Source: a virus (taxonomy: Duplodnaviria > Caudoviricetes). From it: a stretch of 60,193 nucleotides of DNA. Made by a program: the position numbers and the translations under genes. Positions 18,976 through 27,122 of this stretch are shown piece after piece (the stretch's first letter is position 1; every line of letters begins with the position of its first letter). Under the pieces are notes generated by a model. It searched no databases, was not told the origin of the DNA, and saw nothing but the letters and a program-made list of their open reading frames with translations. The DNA is taken from positions 1 to 60,193 of IMG/VR virus record IMGVR_UViG_3300038557_000055; one strand, written 5' to 3'.

Positions 18976-19515
18976 TCAGCGGCCCTCCGCCCGGGCAATG
19001 AGGTCGTCCAGCATCACCAGCTTGATTGACTTCAGGCGTTCGCCCTCGTCATCTCCGGATGATGCCTCGCGTCGCCGGTAGTATTCGACCGTTCGGCGGA
19101 ATTCCTTCACCTCGGCCAAGAGGTCGGGCCGCGCGCGCTCACGCTGTATGGCTTTGCGGAGACCGGCCAGCAGGTCGGGAATGCCCTCCTGTGTCTCGTC
19201 GTCTTCGAAGCCGGCGGCGAAGCTTTCTGCCCTCACCAGCGAGTCGACAGTGTCGTTTACGCTGTTGATGTCGAGGCCGACGAGCTCGTGCTCTGCAATC
19301 TCGACGTAGCAATGCGCCGCGCCGTGAAAGTCCTGCAGCCACTCGACTTTTGCCCGCCAGTTCTTGGCCGTTGCGGTCGGCTTCCGCCTCGAATCCTTCA
19401 ACATGATGTTGACCAACTCAACGGCTTTCAAAGTGGCCGTCGAGGAATCCGCATGCGCCTCGGTTATGAGGCCGGGCACATGGAAGTGTTCAGCGGTCAA
19501 AATATGGATGTGCAT
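18976..19515 (-). CDS. Hypothetical protein
   Basis: GAAAGGA RBS; ends LIARAEGR. Confidence 0.65.
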   Translation of the reverse strand: MHIHILTAEHFHVPGLITEAHADSSTATLKAVELVNIMLKDSRRKPTATAKNWRAKVEWLQDFHGAAHCYVEIAEHELVGLDINSVNDTVDSLVRAESFAAGFEDDETQEGIPDLLAGLRKAIQRERARPDLLAEVKEFRRTVEYYRRREASSGDDEGERLKSIKLVMLDDLIARAEGR

Positions 19516-19528
19516 CGTTGTGATCCTT

Positions 19529-19633
19529 TCAAACTGGCAGCGGAAGGGGCGGCGTGATGAACACGGCCACGGCGAAAATCGCGGCGAGGATCACGACGAG
19601 CTGGAGGAGGTCGGCTAGGAGGTCTTGGAACAT
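19529..19633 (-). CDS. Small membrane peptide
   Basis: MFQDLLADLLQLVVILAAIFAVAVFITPP; AAGGAGG RBS. Confidence 0.55.
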   Translation of the reverse strand: MFQDLLADLLQLVVILAAIFAVAVFITPPLPLPV

Positions 19634-19995
19634 TTCTGTTCCTCCTTGAGCCGTCGGGCGATGTCGGCAGGATCGGCCAAGCCGCCGTTCTTCCAGTCGA
19701 CTCGAGCAACGAACGCGGGGATGAATTCCCAATCGTAGGGAACAAGGTCGAGCGCTTCGGCTCCCTCGTTGCCGCCTATGAGGTCGAAGGTTTCCAGCGC
19801 CTTGTCGGCAAGGCTGATTGCCTCATAGCGCATCGTTGGCGTGCCGTATCGATCCCACATCGTTTCAAGGTCAGTTCGCCAAGCCGGCACAGGCTCATTG
19901 CCCTTCTTGGGGCTGTTCCACCGGGTCGAGGTCATCGCTTCCCAGATGCACAGCGCCGCCTCCATGCGGAGGGTTTCGGAGTAGCGCTTGGTCAT
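19615..19995 (-). CDS. Hypothetical protein
   Basis: ATGA coupling. Confidence 0.6.
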   Translation of the reverse strand: MTKRYSETLRMEAALCIWEAMTSTRWNSPKKGNEPVPAWRTDLETMWDRYGTPTMRYEAISLADKALETFDLIGGNEGAEALDLVPYDWEFIPAFVARVDWKNGGLADPADIARRLKEEQKCSKTS

Positions 19996-20210
19996 GGGCG
20001 CGGCTCCTGTCCCTCGTCATCGATCTGGTAGCGACCCTCGCCGGGGATGACAGAGAGGGTTTGGCCGACCAGCAGCGCCGGCTTGCCTATATGGATTTCC
20101 CCGTCGGCAATCTTGCGCGCGACGGCTTCGGCTACATCGGAATAGCCATAGTCGCGGTAGTAGCGTTCGGCGGCTTGGCGGCTGACAAAGTGCGAGGTTC
20201 CGGAGCGCAT
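19992..20210 (-). CDS. Small hypothetical protein
   Basis: GGAGGG RBS; MRSGTSHF. Confidence 0.6.
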   Translation of the reverse strand: MRSGTSHFVSRQAAERYYRDYGYSDVAEAVARKIADGEIHIGKPALLVGQTLSVIPGEGRYQIDDEGQEPRP

Positions 20211-20214
20211 CGGC

Positions 20215-21423
20215 TCAGCCCTCCGCCCGGCCAGTGTCGCCACAGGCTGCAATCAGAACCCTGCCGTTTTCGGTTGCGATAACCCCTTCGCCTGGGTGGC
20301 TCGCCAGATAGGTGTTAGCCTCCTCGTCTGAGCTGAAAGACGCAGTCACGTCGAAGGTTCGGCCCATCGTGCGATACGTGGTCGGTGCTTCCTGCTGGGC
20401 CTCGGCCTCGTTGACTGGCGCTGGCTCGTCGTCGACTTGCAGCGCCTTGATGACCTCTTGGGCGGCCCAGCGCCCGCCATTGTTCAGGTTCCGTTGCCAC
20501 GCGCCCTCGGATGGAGCCCAACGGAAGCCGTTCCGCTTCAGGAGATCGCGCGTTGTGGCATCGGGCTTCCCGGAGAACAGGATTTGAACGCGAGCGGCCT
20601 CGCCGTTCTCGACAACCTCGACCGCTCCGGCTGTGGTGTTGTGGGTTCGCGAGACGCGCCCCCGGGCGCGGTTACGCTCTATGTTGGCCAGCCGAGCCTC
20701 AAGCCGTTTGATCTCTGCCAGCTTGCCCGAAAGGGCATAAGAGCCATAGCCGCGCCCCATCCATTTATGGGCCGGAGCTACAACCGGCCTTGCGCGCTCC
20801 TCACGCCAGCCGGTGGCGTCAACCACGGCTTGCACCATGGCCTCTTCGCCTTCCTTCAACTTCGAGCGTATCGCGGCGTTGACCACCTTCATGACAGAGT
20901 GGGCGCTCTTGTGAGCCTCGATTTCGGCTCGCAACAGCTCTGGAGCATCCGGGTTGTTGGCGCGGATCGCATCACCGGGCATGCCGTGCGGAAATGCTGT
21001 GCGTTCCACCGCCTTGCGAGCCGCCCCAACGTGCTCGCTCAACGCCTTGTAGGCGTTGTCGGCCCAATCCATTCGCTTGCGGTTGCGATCTGTCGGGAAC
21101 CGCGCCGGCCCGACGATGAACCACGACATGCAGCGGGAATCCATCGCCCATGCCCGGCGTGTCATCGAGACGTGACGGGATGTGAAACGCTCCAGTTCCG
21201 CCGAAACGTCGAGAGTGCCGCCCATGCCAACCATTAGGCCGACGTGCTCGGCAAAGCCGTTGAGGCGCGCTGCCAGGTCTGACAGTTCGTGGCGTGCTCG
21301 CCTGTCAGGAAAGTGGGACAGAGCGTCCCAATTGTTCTCGATTTGCTTCGTGGTCAGCGTGAGCCCAAAGCCGCCGGCGGACACGGTTAAACAGTCCTCG
21401 TGGAAAGATGCAATTGCGGTCAT
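20215..21423 (-). CDS. DUF3560/polyvalent-protein-like early protein
   Basis: SWFIVGPARFP..RN.KR; RVQILFSGKPD...R..LK.NGFRWAPSEGAWQR. Confidence 0.7.
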   Translation of the reverse strand: MTAIASFHEDCLTVSAGGFGLTLTTKQIENNWDALSHFPDRRARHELSDLAARLNGFAEHVGLMVGMGGTLDVSAELERFTSRHVSMTRRAWAMDSRCMSWFIVGPARFPTDRNRKRMDWADNAYKALSEHVGAARKAVERTAFPHGMPGDAIRANNPDAPELLRAEIEAHKSAHSVMKVVNAAIRSKLKEGEEAMVQAVVDATGWREERARPVVAPAHKWMGRGYGSYALSGKLAEIKRLEARLANIERNRARGRVSRTHNTTAGAVEVVENGEAARVQILFSGKPDATTRDLLKRNGFRWAPSEGAWQRNLNNGGRWAAQEVIKALQVDDEPAPVNEAEAQQEAPTTYRTMGRTFDVTASFSSDEEANTYLASHPGEGVIATENGRVLIAACGDTGRAEG

Positions 21424-21512
21424 AGGATTGATCCTTTCGGGCATAGCTCCGCCGTGGCGCGTGACGCGCTCAAACAGGCGGGAACGGTTTCAGTTTGTGG
21501 GTTAGCGGATGC

Positions 21513-22316
21513 TCAGGCCGATCGCGGCCCGTCGGTCTTTCTTTCTACTGGCGCAAAGCCGGCATCGCGGTTGTGTGCCTTCACCAGCGCTTCAACAGTG
21601 AAAGGCTCGCACTGGCCGTGCAGTTCCATCACCAGTTGCGCACCACCCGGCCGGCCGTCTCCTTCGGTGTAAATTGCAGTTCCTCGGCATTCCCAAGGCT
21701 CGGGAGAGCGCCCGCGCACTCGCTCACGAAGGGCAAAGAACAAGTCGGTTCGCCCCTCCAGATCGTCGGTGGCGTTGTCGATGAACCACCACAGCGCATC
21801 GACAAGCGGCATTTCCGCAAGCATTGCCTCGTATGGTCCTGGCACGTGCTCGGCGATGGTGCGCGCGGCTTTCGCGCGCGGCTTGTAGTGGTGATAAAGC
21901 CAGGTTGGGCCGAGGTCGTTGCGGATGCCATGCAGCGCGCTCCCCATGCCTTCCACCGGCCCGCGCCATATTCTGGCGTTGTACCAGTAGATATCGGAGA
22001 GCTGAGCTCTCCACGTCCGGCAGCCGCGTGAGCGGTTGCGCTGGTAGCGGTGAGCCTCGGCGAATGCTTCAAGCGATTGGTGCTCGAATTCGGTTAGGGC
22101 GCGGAAGACGTCCCGCCATTTGAGCCCGAATACCTCGGCGCAGAAATCGGCGCTCGTCGTCCCGTCTTCCTCTTCGGGCAGGCGGACGGAGACTTGATTG
22201 CGGCCGTTGTCCGGCCAGCTATACACGATGTATTTCAAGCCCCGTGAGTTTGTCACCTCGTCACCCATTTCGACCGGGCGACCGTCCTTGTGGAAGAGAT
22301 TTCGCATTTTGCCCAT
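21513..22316 (-). CDS. Hypothetical modular protein
   Basis: 267-aa ORF with TGACCCATG junction. Confidence 0.65.
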   Translation of the reverse strand: MGKMRNLFHKDGRPVEMGDEVTNSRGLKYIVYSWPDNGRNQVSVRLPEEEDGTTSADFCAEVFGLKWRDVFRALTEFEHQSLEAFAEAHRYQRNRSRGCRTWRAQLSDIYWYNARIWRGPVEGMGSALHGIRNDLGPTWLYHHYKPRAKAARTIAEHVPGPYEAMLAEMPLVDALWWFIDNATDDLEGRTDLFFALRERVRGRSPEPWECRGTAIYTEGDGRPGGAQLVMELHGQCEPFTVEALVKAHNRDAGFAPVERKTDGPRSA

Positions 22317-22319
22317 GGG

Positions 22320-22496
22320 TCAGCCCTCCGCCTTCGGATTGATCCCGTGATCCTCGCAAATGTGGCGAAGCGCGCGCGGGTTCTCGATTGGGTAGCGTGC
22401 GCCGCTATCTTTCGTCGGGTTCCACCACTTGCCGAATGCGCCGTGAACCCAGCCCGCCGCACGTACAACGCGTTCCAAATCATTCAGCGTTTGCAT
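22320..22496 (-). CDS. 58-aa hypothetical protein (not in ORF track)
   Basis: MQTLNDLERVVRAAGW...GINPKAEG; bounded by two junction repeats. Confidence 0.6.
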   Translation of the reverse strand: MQTLNDLERVVRAAGWVHGAFGKWWNPTKDSGARYPIENPRALRHICEDHGINPKAEG

Positions 22497-22498
22497 GG

Positions 22499-22831
22499 TC
22501 AGCCCTCCGCCTTGGCGATGGCTGCCGCGACAAGTTCGCGTGCCTTGATTTTGTTCGCCGTTGCCTTCTCTGACCCACGAGCGGAGAGAGCCCGCATGGT
22601 CGGCCAGTCGGCCAGCAATTCCTCAACTGCTTTCAGCGTAGCCAGCATGTCGGACGCGCCGGCGAACAGATGGGCGCGGGCGATTGCTTCGGCCTTCCGC
22701 TTGGCTTCGTCCGGATCGCCGTAACCTTGTGTCCAGCCTACTTCGGCGACGAAGATGTCGCCTGACCAAATCACGGCACGAGCGCAGTATCGATGATCGC
22801 CAGTGTCCTTAATCTCCACGGTGTAGGTCAT
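22499..22831 (-). CDS. Hypothetical protein ending AAIAKAEG
   Basis: GGAGA RBS; ASDMLATLK...AAIAKAEG motif. Confidence 0.65.
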   Translation of the reverse strand: MTYTVEIKDTGDHRYCARAVIWSGDIFVAEVGWTQGYGDPDEAKRKAEAIARAHLFAGASDMLATLKAVEELLADWPTMRALSARGSEKATANKIKARELVAAAIAKAEG

Positions 22832-22897
22832 TTCGATATCTCCATAGGCAAGCCGGCGCGCACCTGGCACGGCAACGGCTGCAAGGGTTTCGGGCTT

Positions 22898-23083
22898 TTA
22901 GGTGCGCAGGAAGTCGATGCGCGTTTTGGGGTTGGCGATGATGTATTCCGCCAGTTCCCGTTCGGTCATCAACGAACCGACACGACGGCCGTTTTGCATT
23001 ACATAGCCGTCATCGATACGGCTGGTGAAGTCGTTGGCGCGAATGACCAACAATGGTTCTGCTGTGCTTTGTGTAGCGCCCAT
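22898..23083 (-). CDS. Small hypothetical protein
   Basis: GAGGG RBS; MGATQS. Confidence 0.5.
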   Translation of the reverse strand: MGATQSTAEPLLVIRANDFTSRIDDGYVMQNGRRVGSLMTERELAEYIIANPKTRIDFLRT

Positions 23084-23090
23084 CGTGCCC

Positions 23091-23198
23091 TCACAGTTCC
23101 AGGAACATACGCTTTGCAGCGATGCGGGCGCGGCGGTCGTCGCGGCGGATACGGCCAGCGGGCCGGTCGGTGAACTGAATACGTTCGGTCTTGCGCAT
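23091..23198 (-). CDS. 35-aa Arg-rich peptide (not in ORF track)
   Basis: GAAAGGA RBS; MRKTERIQFTDRPAGRIRRDDRRARIAAKRMFLEL. Confidence 0.55.
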   Translation of the reverse strand: MRKTERIQFTDRPAGRIRRDDRRARIAAKRMFLEL

Positions 23199-23284
23199 TT
23201 CGATATCCTTTCTAGGACGTGCCACAATTGGCGGGTTGATCTAGCGACCATCGCAACGCCGCGCTGGCGGCGCTGAAAAAGAGG

Positions 23285-23584
23285 CTAGGGCAGGTCGTTG
23301 TGTGCGAACCGCGCGGAACCGACCTTGGCGATATTGGAAAGCGCGACGAGCTCCCCCTCCTTCCTGACATGCTCGCAATAGTCCGCTTCGCCGAACTGGC
23401 CCGTGCCAGCCGCTATGCGTTCCTCTTGATCATCCCAACGAACGCGGCCATGCGTCTTTGGCATTCCCTCATACGGGCCAAGATAGGTGCCACGGCGCTG
23501 GGGAGCCGAACCGGTGAACTGTCCGGTGTTGCGCAGGAAGGATGCGGCGAGGGCTATGCGGTCGCCTGCTATCAGCTTGGCCAT
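23285..23584 (-). CDS. Hypothetical protein
   Basis: TGACCATG junction. Confidence 0.65.
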   Translation of the reverse strand: MAKLIAGDRIALAASFLRNTGQFTGSAPQRRGTYLGPYEGMPKTHGRVRWDDQEERIAAGTGQFGEADYCEHVRKEGELVALSNIAKVGSARFAHNDLP

Positions 23585-23586
23585 GG

Positions 23587-23772
23587 TCAGCGCTCCAGCT
23601 CACACACAACCGGGGCATGAGCCAGGTTGCGGCGTAGATCATTGGGAAGGTCGCGGGGCAGGGCACGCGCGGCCACGGCTTGATTGCAGTCGTCATAGGT
23701 AAGGCCGGTGTCCAGCATATAGGAATGGGGCTGGCCTGACATGAGCAGGTAGGCGACAAGGGCGAACTTCAT
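23587..23772 (-). CDS. Small hypothetical protein
   Basis: MKFALVAYL...DTGLTYDDC. Confidence 0.55.
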   Translation of the reverse strand: MKFALVAYLLMSGQPHSYMLDTGLTYDDCNQAVAARALPRDLPNDLRRNLAHAPVVCELER

Positions 23773-23777
23773 TGCCG

Positions 23778-24056
23778 TCAACCGTTGTAGATGGTGGACG
23801 TATGGCCGAACGTGCCCGGTCCATGATCGAAGTAGGCAAGGACGCCCGCCGTATGCAGTTCGTCCATTGCGTCCAGCACAACACGGGTGCTTTCCATACC
23901 AGCATCCGGCAGGCCCATAACCTCGGCCATAGCAAGCCAGTTGATAAAGACTGCGTGCTGGTTGTCGCATGAAGGGCTGGCTGCTGAGTGGGTGGCGCAA
24001 TAGCCCATAAGCGCAACCGCGTGTGCAGATAGCGCGCTCTTAGCAATCGTGATCAT
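23778..24056 (-). CDS. Hypothetical protein, first gene of the leftward accessory operon
   Basis: GGGAGA RBS downstream of promoter at 24135-24162. Confidence 0.6.
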   Translation of the reverse strand: MITIAKSALSAHAVALMGYCATHSAASPSCDNQHAVFINWLAMAEVMGLPDAGMESTRVVLDAMDELHTAGVLAYFDHGPGTFGHTSTIYNG

Positions 24057-24134
24057 CGGGTGATCTCCCGGCCTGCATGGGTTTCACAATTGAAACGCCT
24101 TCCGCCTTGGCCGTGTGTCATCGCTGACAGTCAC

Positions 24135-24174
24135 AGAATAGCCGAACCGGAATAGGTGTCAATCCATTTCGGAT
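24135..24174 (-). promoter_or_regulatory. Leftward early promoter with operator
   Basis: Minus strand TTGACA-16-TATTCT; ATCCATTTCGGAT at 24162-24174 abuts the -35. Confidence 0.7.
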
Positions 24175-24296
24175 AAAAATTTGCATTTTGTGACACGGCA
24201 ACTGAGCCAAGAACGGCACGGGCGCACGATAGCAAGAGCCATGCCAAGTGGACGGCCAGAGAGACAAGGGAAGGGCAGGCGGGACAAGCGCTCGAG

Positions 24297-24378
24297 GCCC
24301 CTACCGGGTGTCGGGTTAAAAAGTTGAGAGTAGCTACAGGACCGGCGTGCGCAGTGAAATTTTCGCGAGTGCAGAAAA
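24297..24378. other. Putative cos (cohesive end) region
   Basis: GGGT..GGGTTAAAAAGTT..GGACCGGCGTGCGCAGTGAAATTTT..GCAGAAA layout resembles cos regions of HNH/terminase phages. Confidence 0.5.
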
Positions 24379-24397
24379 CACCCTTTTGCAAAATTGT

Positions 24398-24438
24398 ATC
24401 CGTAGCGGATTGACAATATGCAAACTGGATAGTAGCGT
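24398..24438 (+). promoter_or_regulatory. Rightward early promoter with two operators
   Basis: TTGACA 24410-24415, 17 nt, TAGCGT; ATCCGTAGCGGAT 24398 and ATGCAAACTGGAT 24418. Confidence 0.72.
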
Positions 24439-24466
24439 CGGGGCACATCAGATGAAGGTCACTGAG

Positions 24467-24655
24467 ATGCCTGACCAACTGCAACGGAAGTCATCGGAAC
24501 TGCCCAGCCGAGCACCGCTGGATTACGTCGAGATCTCGCCCTGGAGTGAGAAAGCCGCCACCGCGGAGATGGATTTCGACGGCTGGGATTTGTTCTTCCT
24601 CTGCCTCGCCTTCCTGATGATCCTCGGCGGCGTGGCCATCTGGCTCAGCTACTAG
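24467..24655 (+). CDS. Small C-terminally anchored membrane protein
   Basis: C-terminal LFFLCLAFLMILGGVAIWL. Confidence 0.55.
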   Translation: MPDQLQRKSSELPSRAPLDYVEISPWSEKAATAEMDFDGWDLFFLCLAFLMILGGVAIWLSY

Positions 24656-24737
24656 CGCCGCCATCCTCCCAATCGAAACCACCTCAACCTTGTTCCTGCG
24701 ATGGAACGAGGTTGGCCGAACACATCCGGAGATATCC

Positions 24738-25673
24738 ATGTTCCACGACGTCAAGATCATCGAGAGCGCCGAAGACAACGTCAGCAAGTACGTCTTCACC
24801 GGCGACAACGCCGTCGCCGAGGCGGTGCTCTACCGGTATCCGGACTATGCGACCCGGACTGTCATTTGCTGCTCGACGATGAGCGGATGTCCCGTCGGTT
24901 GTCGCTTCTGTGGCGCTGGCGACCACTTCGTTCGAAGCTTCTCTGGCGATGAGATCGTTGCCCAGGTTGATCGATGCATCGCAGATACGGGCGTCGATCC
25001 GGCCAAGATGAAGCGGCTGCAGATCATGTTCATGTCGATGGGCGAGCCGTTGCTCAACCCAAGGGGCATGCAGGATGCTCTTCGAGCGCTCTATGCCAAA
25101 TACCCCAACGCAGCGCTGCTGATCAGCACGATCGGTCCAGACGTCGACTACGATTGGGTGAGAGATATCAGTGTCGAGATCCCAACGGTCGGTCTTCAGT
25201 TCTCGGTACACAAGTCCAGCGATGCCGAACGCGACATGCTCATTCCGTTTCGGAAGAAGCTTCCACTGAATTTCATCGCTTACGAAGGTCAGGAGTGGTC
25301 GAAGGAGACGGGGCGGAAGCCGTTCTTCAACTATTGTGCCGGAGATGACAATTCTTCAGTCATCGACGCCGACCGGCTTCGCGAGCGGTTCGATCCCGCG
25401 ATCTGGAATGCAACGGTCAGCGTGATCTGCGAGCGCAATGAGGGCCTACCGGCCAAAAACGAGCACCAGATCAAGCTCGCTGCCGATTTCGCATCGCTGC
25501 TCGTCGAACGAGGCTTCGATGTTCGCGTGTTCGATCCTGCCGGCCAGGACGACATCGGCGGCGGATGCGGCCAGCTCTGGTTTGTCCAGCAGTGGATGCG
25601 AGACCATCCCGAGCTTGCTCATCCCAGCATCGGGCATGGGTTGCCGAGCGTCCACACTCCGGCCGTAGCGTGA
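24738..25673 (+). CDS. RlmN/Cfr-like class A radical SAM methyltransferase
   Basis: ICCSTMSGCPVGCRFC, MSMGEPLLN, ISTIG, FSVH, DDIGGGCGQL; GGAGA RBS. Confidence 0.92.
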   Translation: MFHDVKIIESAEDNVSKYVFTGDNAVAEAVLYRYPDYATRTVICCSTMSGCPVGCRFCGAGDHFVRSFSGDEIVAQVDRCIADTGVDPAKMKRLQIMFMSMGEPLLNPRGMQDALRALYAKYPNAALLISTIGPDVDYDWVRDISVEIPTVGLQFSVHKSSDAERDMLIPFRKKLPLNFIAYEGQEWSKETGRKPFFNYCAGDDNSSVIDADRLRERFDPAIWNATVSVICERNEGLPAKNEHQIKLAADFASLLVERGFDVRVFDPAGQDDIGGGCGQLWFVQQWMRDHPELAHPSIGHGLPSVHTPAVA

Positions 25674-25681
25674 GGTGCCGC

Positions 25682-26005
25682 ATGGCCAAGTTCCGCAAGG
25701 GTGATGTCGTTTCTCTCGAGGTGATCGTCGAGAGCCATTTCCAAGGAAACGACGTTCGGCTTCGGCTGGAGGCCGGATACCAAGACATCTATGCCAAAGC
25801 AGACCAGATCAGAATGGTCCGACCGGATATCAAGGTCGAAGACACCATCGAATGGGAGGTCGGTGGGATCATCAATAGCGGCGAGGTCATTGGTGTCGCT
25901 GACGATCACGCATGGGTGAAGTATGGCGACGGAAATTTTGCGACCGTTGCGCTGAAGTTTGCGAGCCGAGTTGATCTCCCGGCCCCTGAAGAGGAGGTCG
26001 CGTGA
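25682..26005 (+). CDS. Hypothetical protein (tandem small beta-barrel-like)
   Basis: MAKFRKGDVV...IKVEDTI; GAGG RBS. Confidence 0.65.
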   Translation: MAKFRKGDVVSLEVIVESHFQGNDVRLRLEAGYQDIYAKADQIRMVRPDIKVEDTIEWEVGGIINSGEVIGVADDHAWVKYGDGNFATVALKFASRVDLPAPEEEVA

Positions 26006-26280
26006 TGGGCAACGCGGAAGCCATGAAGATTTTCGGGGTTCTCGGTGGGCCTGTCCATCCAACGGAATGGCGCTTGCCTGATGGTGGGTCGATCACGTCC
26101 CCAGGCGTAGCGCTGCGCGATTGGTTTGCAGCTCACGCATCCGACCAAGATGTTGAGCATCATCGCGAACTCACCCTCGGCACCGACGGCTCGACCTTTT
26201 GGAAGCGGAGCAGGGAAGAGGCTCGCTTTGCGTTCGCGGACGCCATGCTCGCTGAGAGTAGGAAGGTCGGTGCGTCATGA
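26002..26280 (+). CDS. Phage hypothetical protein (LRDWFAA..ADAML type)
   Basis: GGPVHP, GVALRDWFAAHA, FADAMLAE. Confidence 0.7.
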   Translation: MMGNAEAMKIFGVLGGPVHPTEWRLPDGGSITSPGVALRDWFAAHASDQDVEHHRELTLGTDGSTFWKRSREEARFAFADAMLAESRKVGAS

Positions 26281-26675
26281 CAAAACGCTACACTCGCGCC
26301 GACTTCGATCCCTTCATCGGGGACGGCACATCAAGGAACAAGCCACAGCCGCTCCCGAACGCCGTAGATGCCGATCCGCTCCGCTTCCTCAATGACCTTG
26401 CGGCGCGCGGTCACATGATGGAGCCGGTTTGGGGCTACGCGATGCTCCCTGCCGAGAACCGGACACAATGGACACAGTTCTTCCTCCTCTATGACGCCAT
26501 GGGCGGCGGTGGTGGATATGCCGTGACCTACGGCGGCAACAAACCGATTGTCCGCCAGTTCACAATCTGCCGGCATGAAAAGGTCATGCATTCGGATGCT
26601 CGGCCCGAGTATGGCTGGCGACCAGGCCACTGCAAGCACTGTGGCATGGACATGTCGGTCGACAGCTCCGGGTGA
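26277..26675 (+). CDS. Hypothetical protein with C-terminal Cys/His motif
   Basis: CRHE...GHCKHCG. Confidence 0.65.
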   Translation: MTKRYTRADFDPFIGDGTSRNKPQPLPNAVDADPLRFLNDLAARGHMMEPVWGYAMLPAENRTQWTQFFLLYDAMGGGGGYAVTYGGNKPIVRQFTICRHEKVMHSDARPEYGWRPGHCKHCGMDMSVDSSG

Positions 26676-26678
26676 TCC

Positions 26679-27122
26679 ATGCCGATCAAACCGGAGAACA
26701 TGTCGAAGTATCCAGGCGGCTCGACCAAGTCGCCGGAGTGGCGCGCGATCAGGAAGCGGATCGGCCAGCGCTCAGGCTGGAAGTGCGAGAGGTGCAAGGC
26801 GCCGAACCTCAAGATGATCGCCCGCGGATCGTACAACGGTCGCGAGGCTTACATGGTGGTCGAAACCAGCGAGATCTTCTGCGCTGAGACCGGTCTCGCC
26901 ATGGGCAAGATAAAGCGGTCGGACTTCAACGCTCGCAAGGTGCTGAAGGTCATCCTGACCGTGGCGCACCTCAACCACGACGAGACCGATAACCGGGATG
27001 AGAACCTGGCTCACCTCTGCCAGCGGGATCATCTCCGGCACGACCACAAGCAACACATGACGAACGCGGCGCGCACCCGGAGAAATCGGGGCGGCCAGAT
27101 GGATTTGGAGGACATGCTATGA
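26679..27122 (+). CDS. HNH-like endonuclease
   Basis: CERC...LTVAHLNHD...N...NL..LCQRDHL.HD. Confidence 0.8.
   Translation: MPIKPENMSKYPGGSTKSPEWRAIRKRIGQRSGWKCERCKAPNLKMIARGSYNGREAYMVVETSEIFCAETGLAMGKIKRSDFNARKVLKVILTVAHLNHDETDNRDENLAHLCQRDHLRHDHKQHMTNAARTRRNRGGQMDLEDML

Noticed and set aside
24738-25673. Calling this gene cfr (resistance) or host rlmN
   Set aside because: Motifs show family membership only; C2 vs C8 specificity and substrate cannot be read by eye
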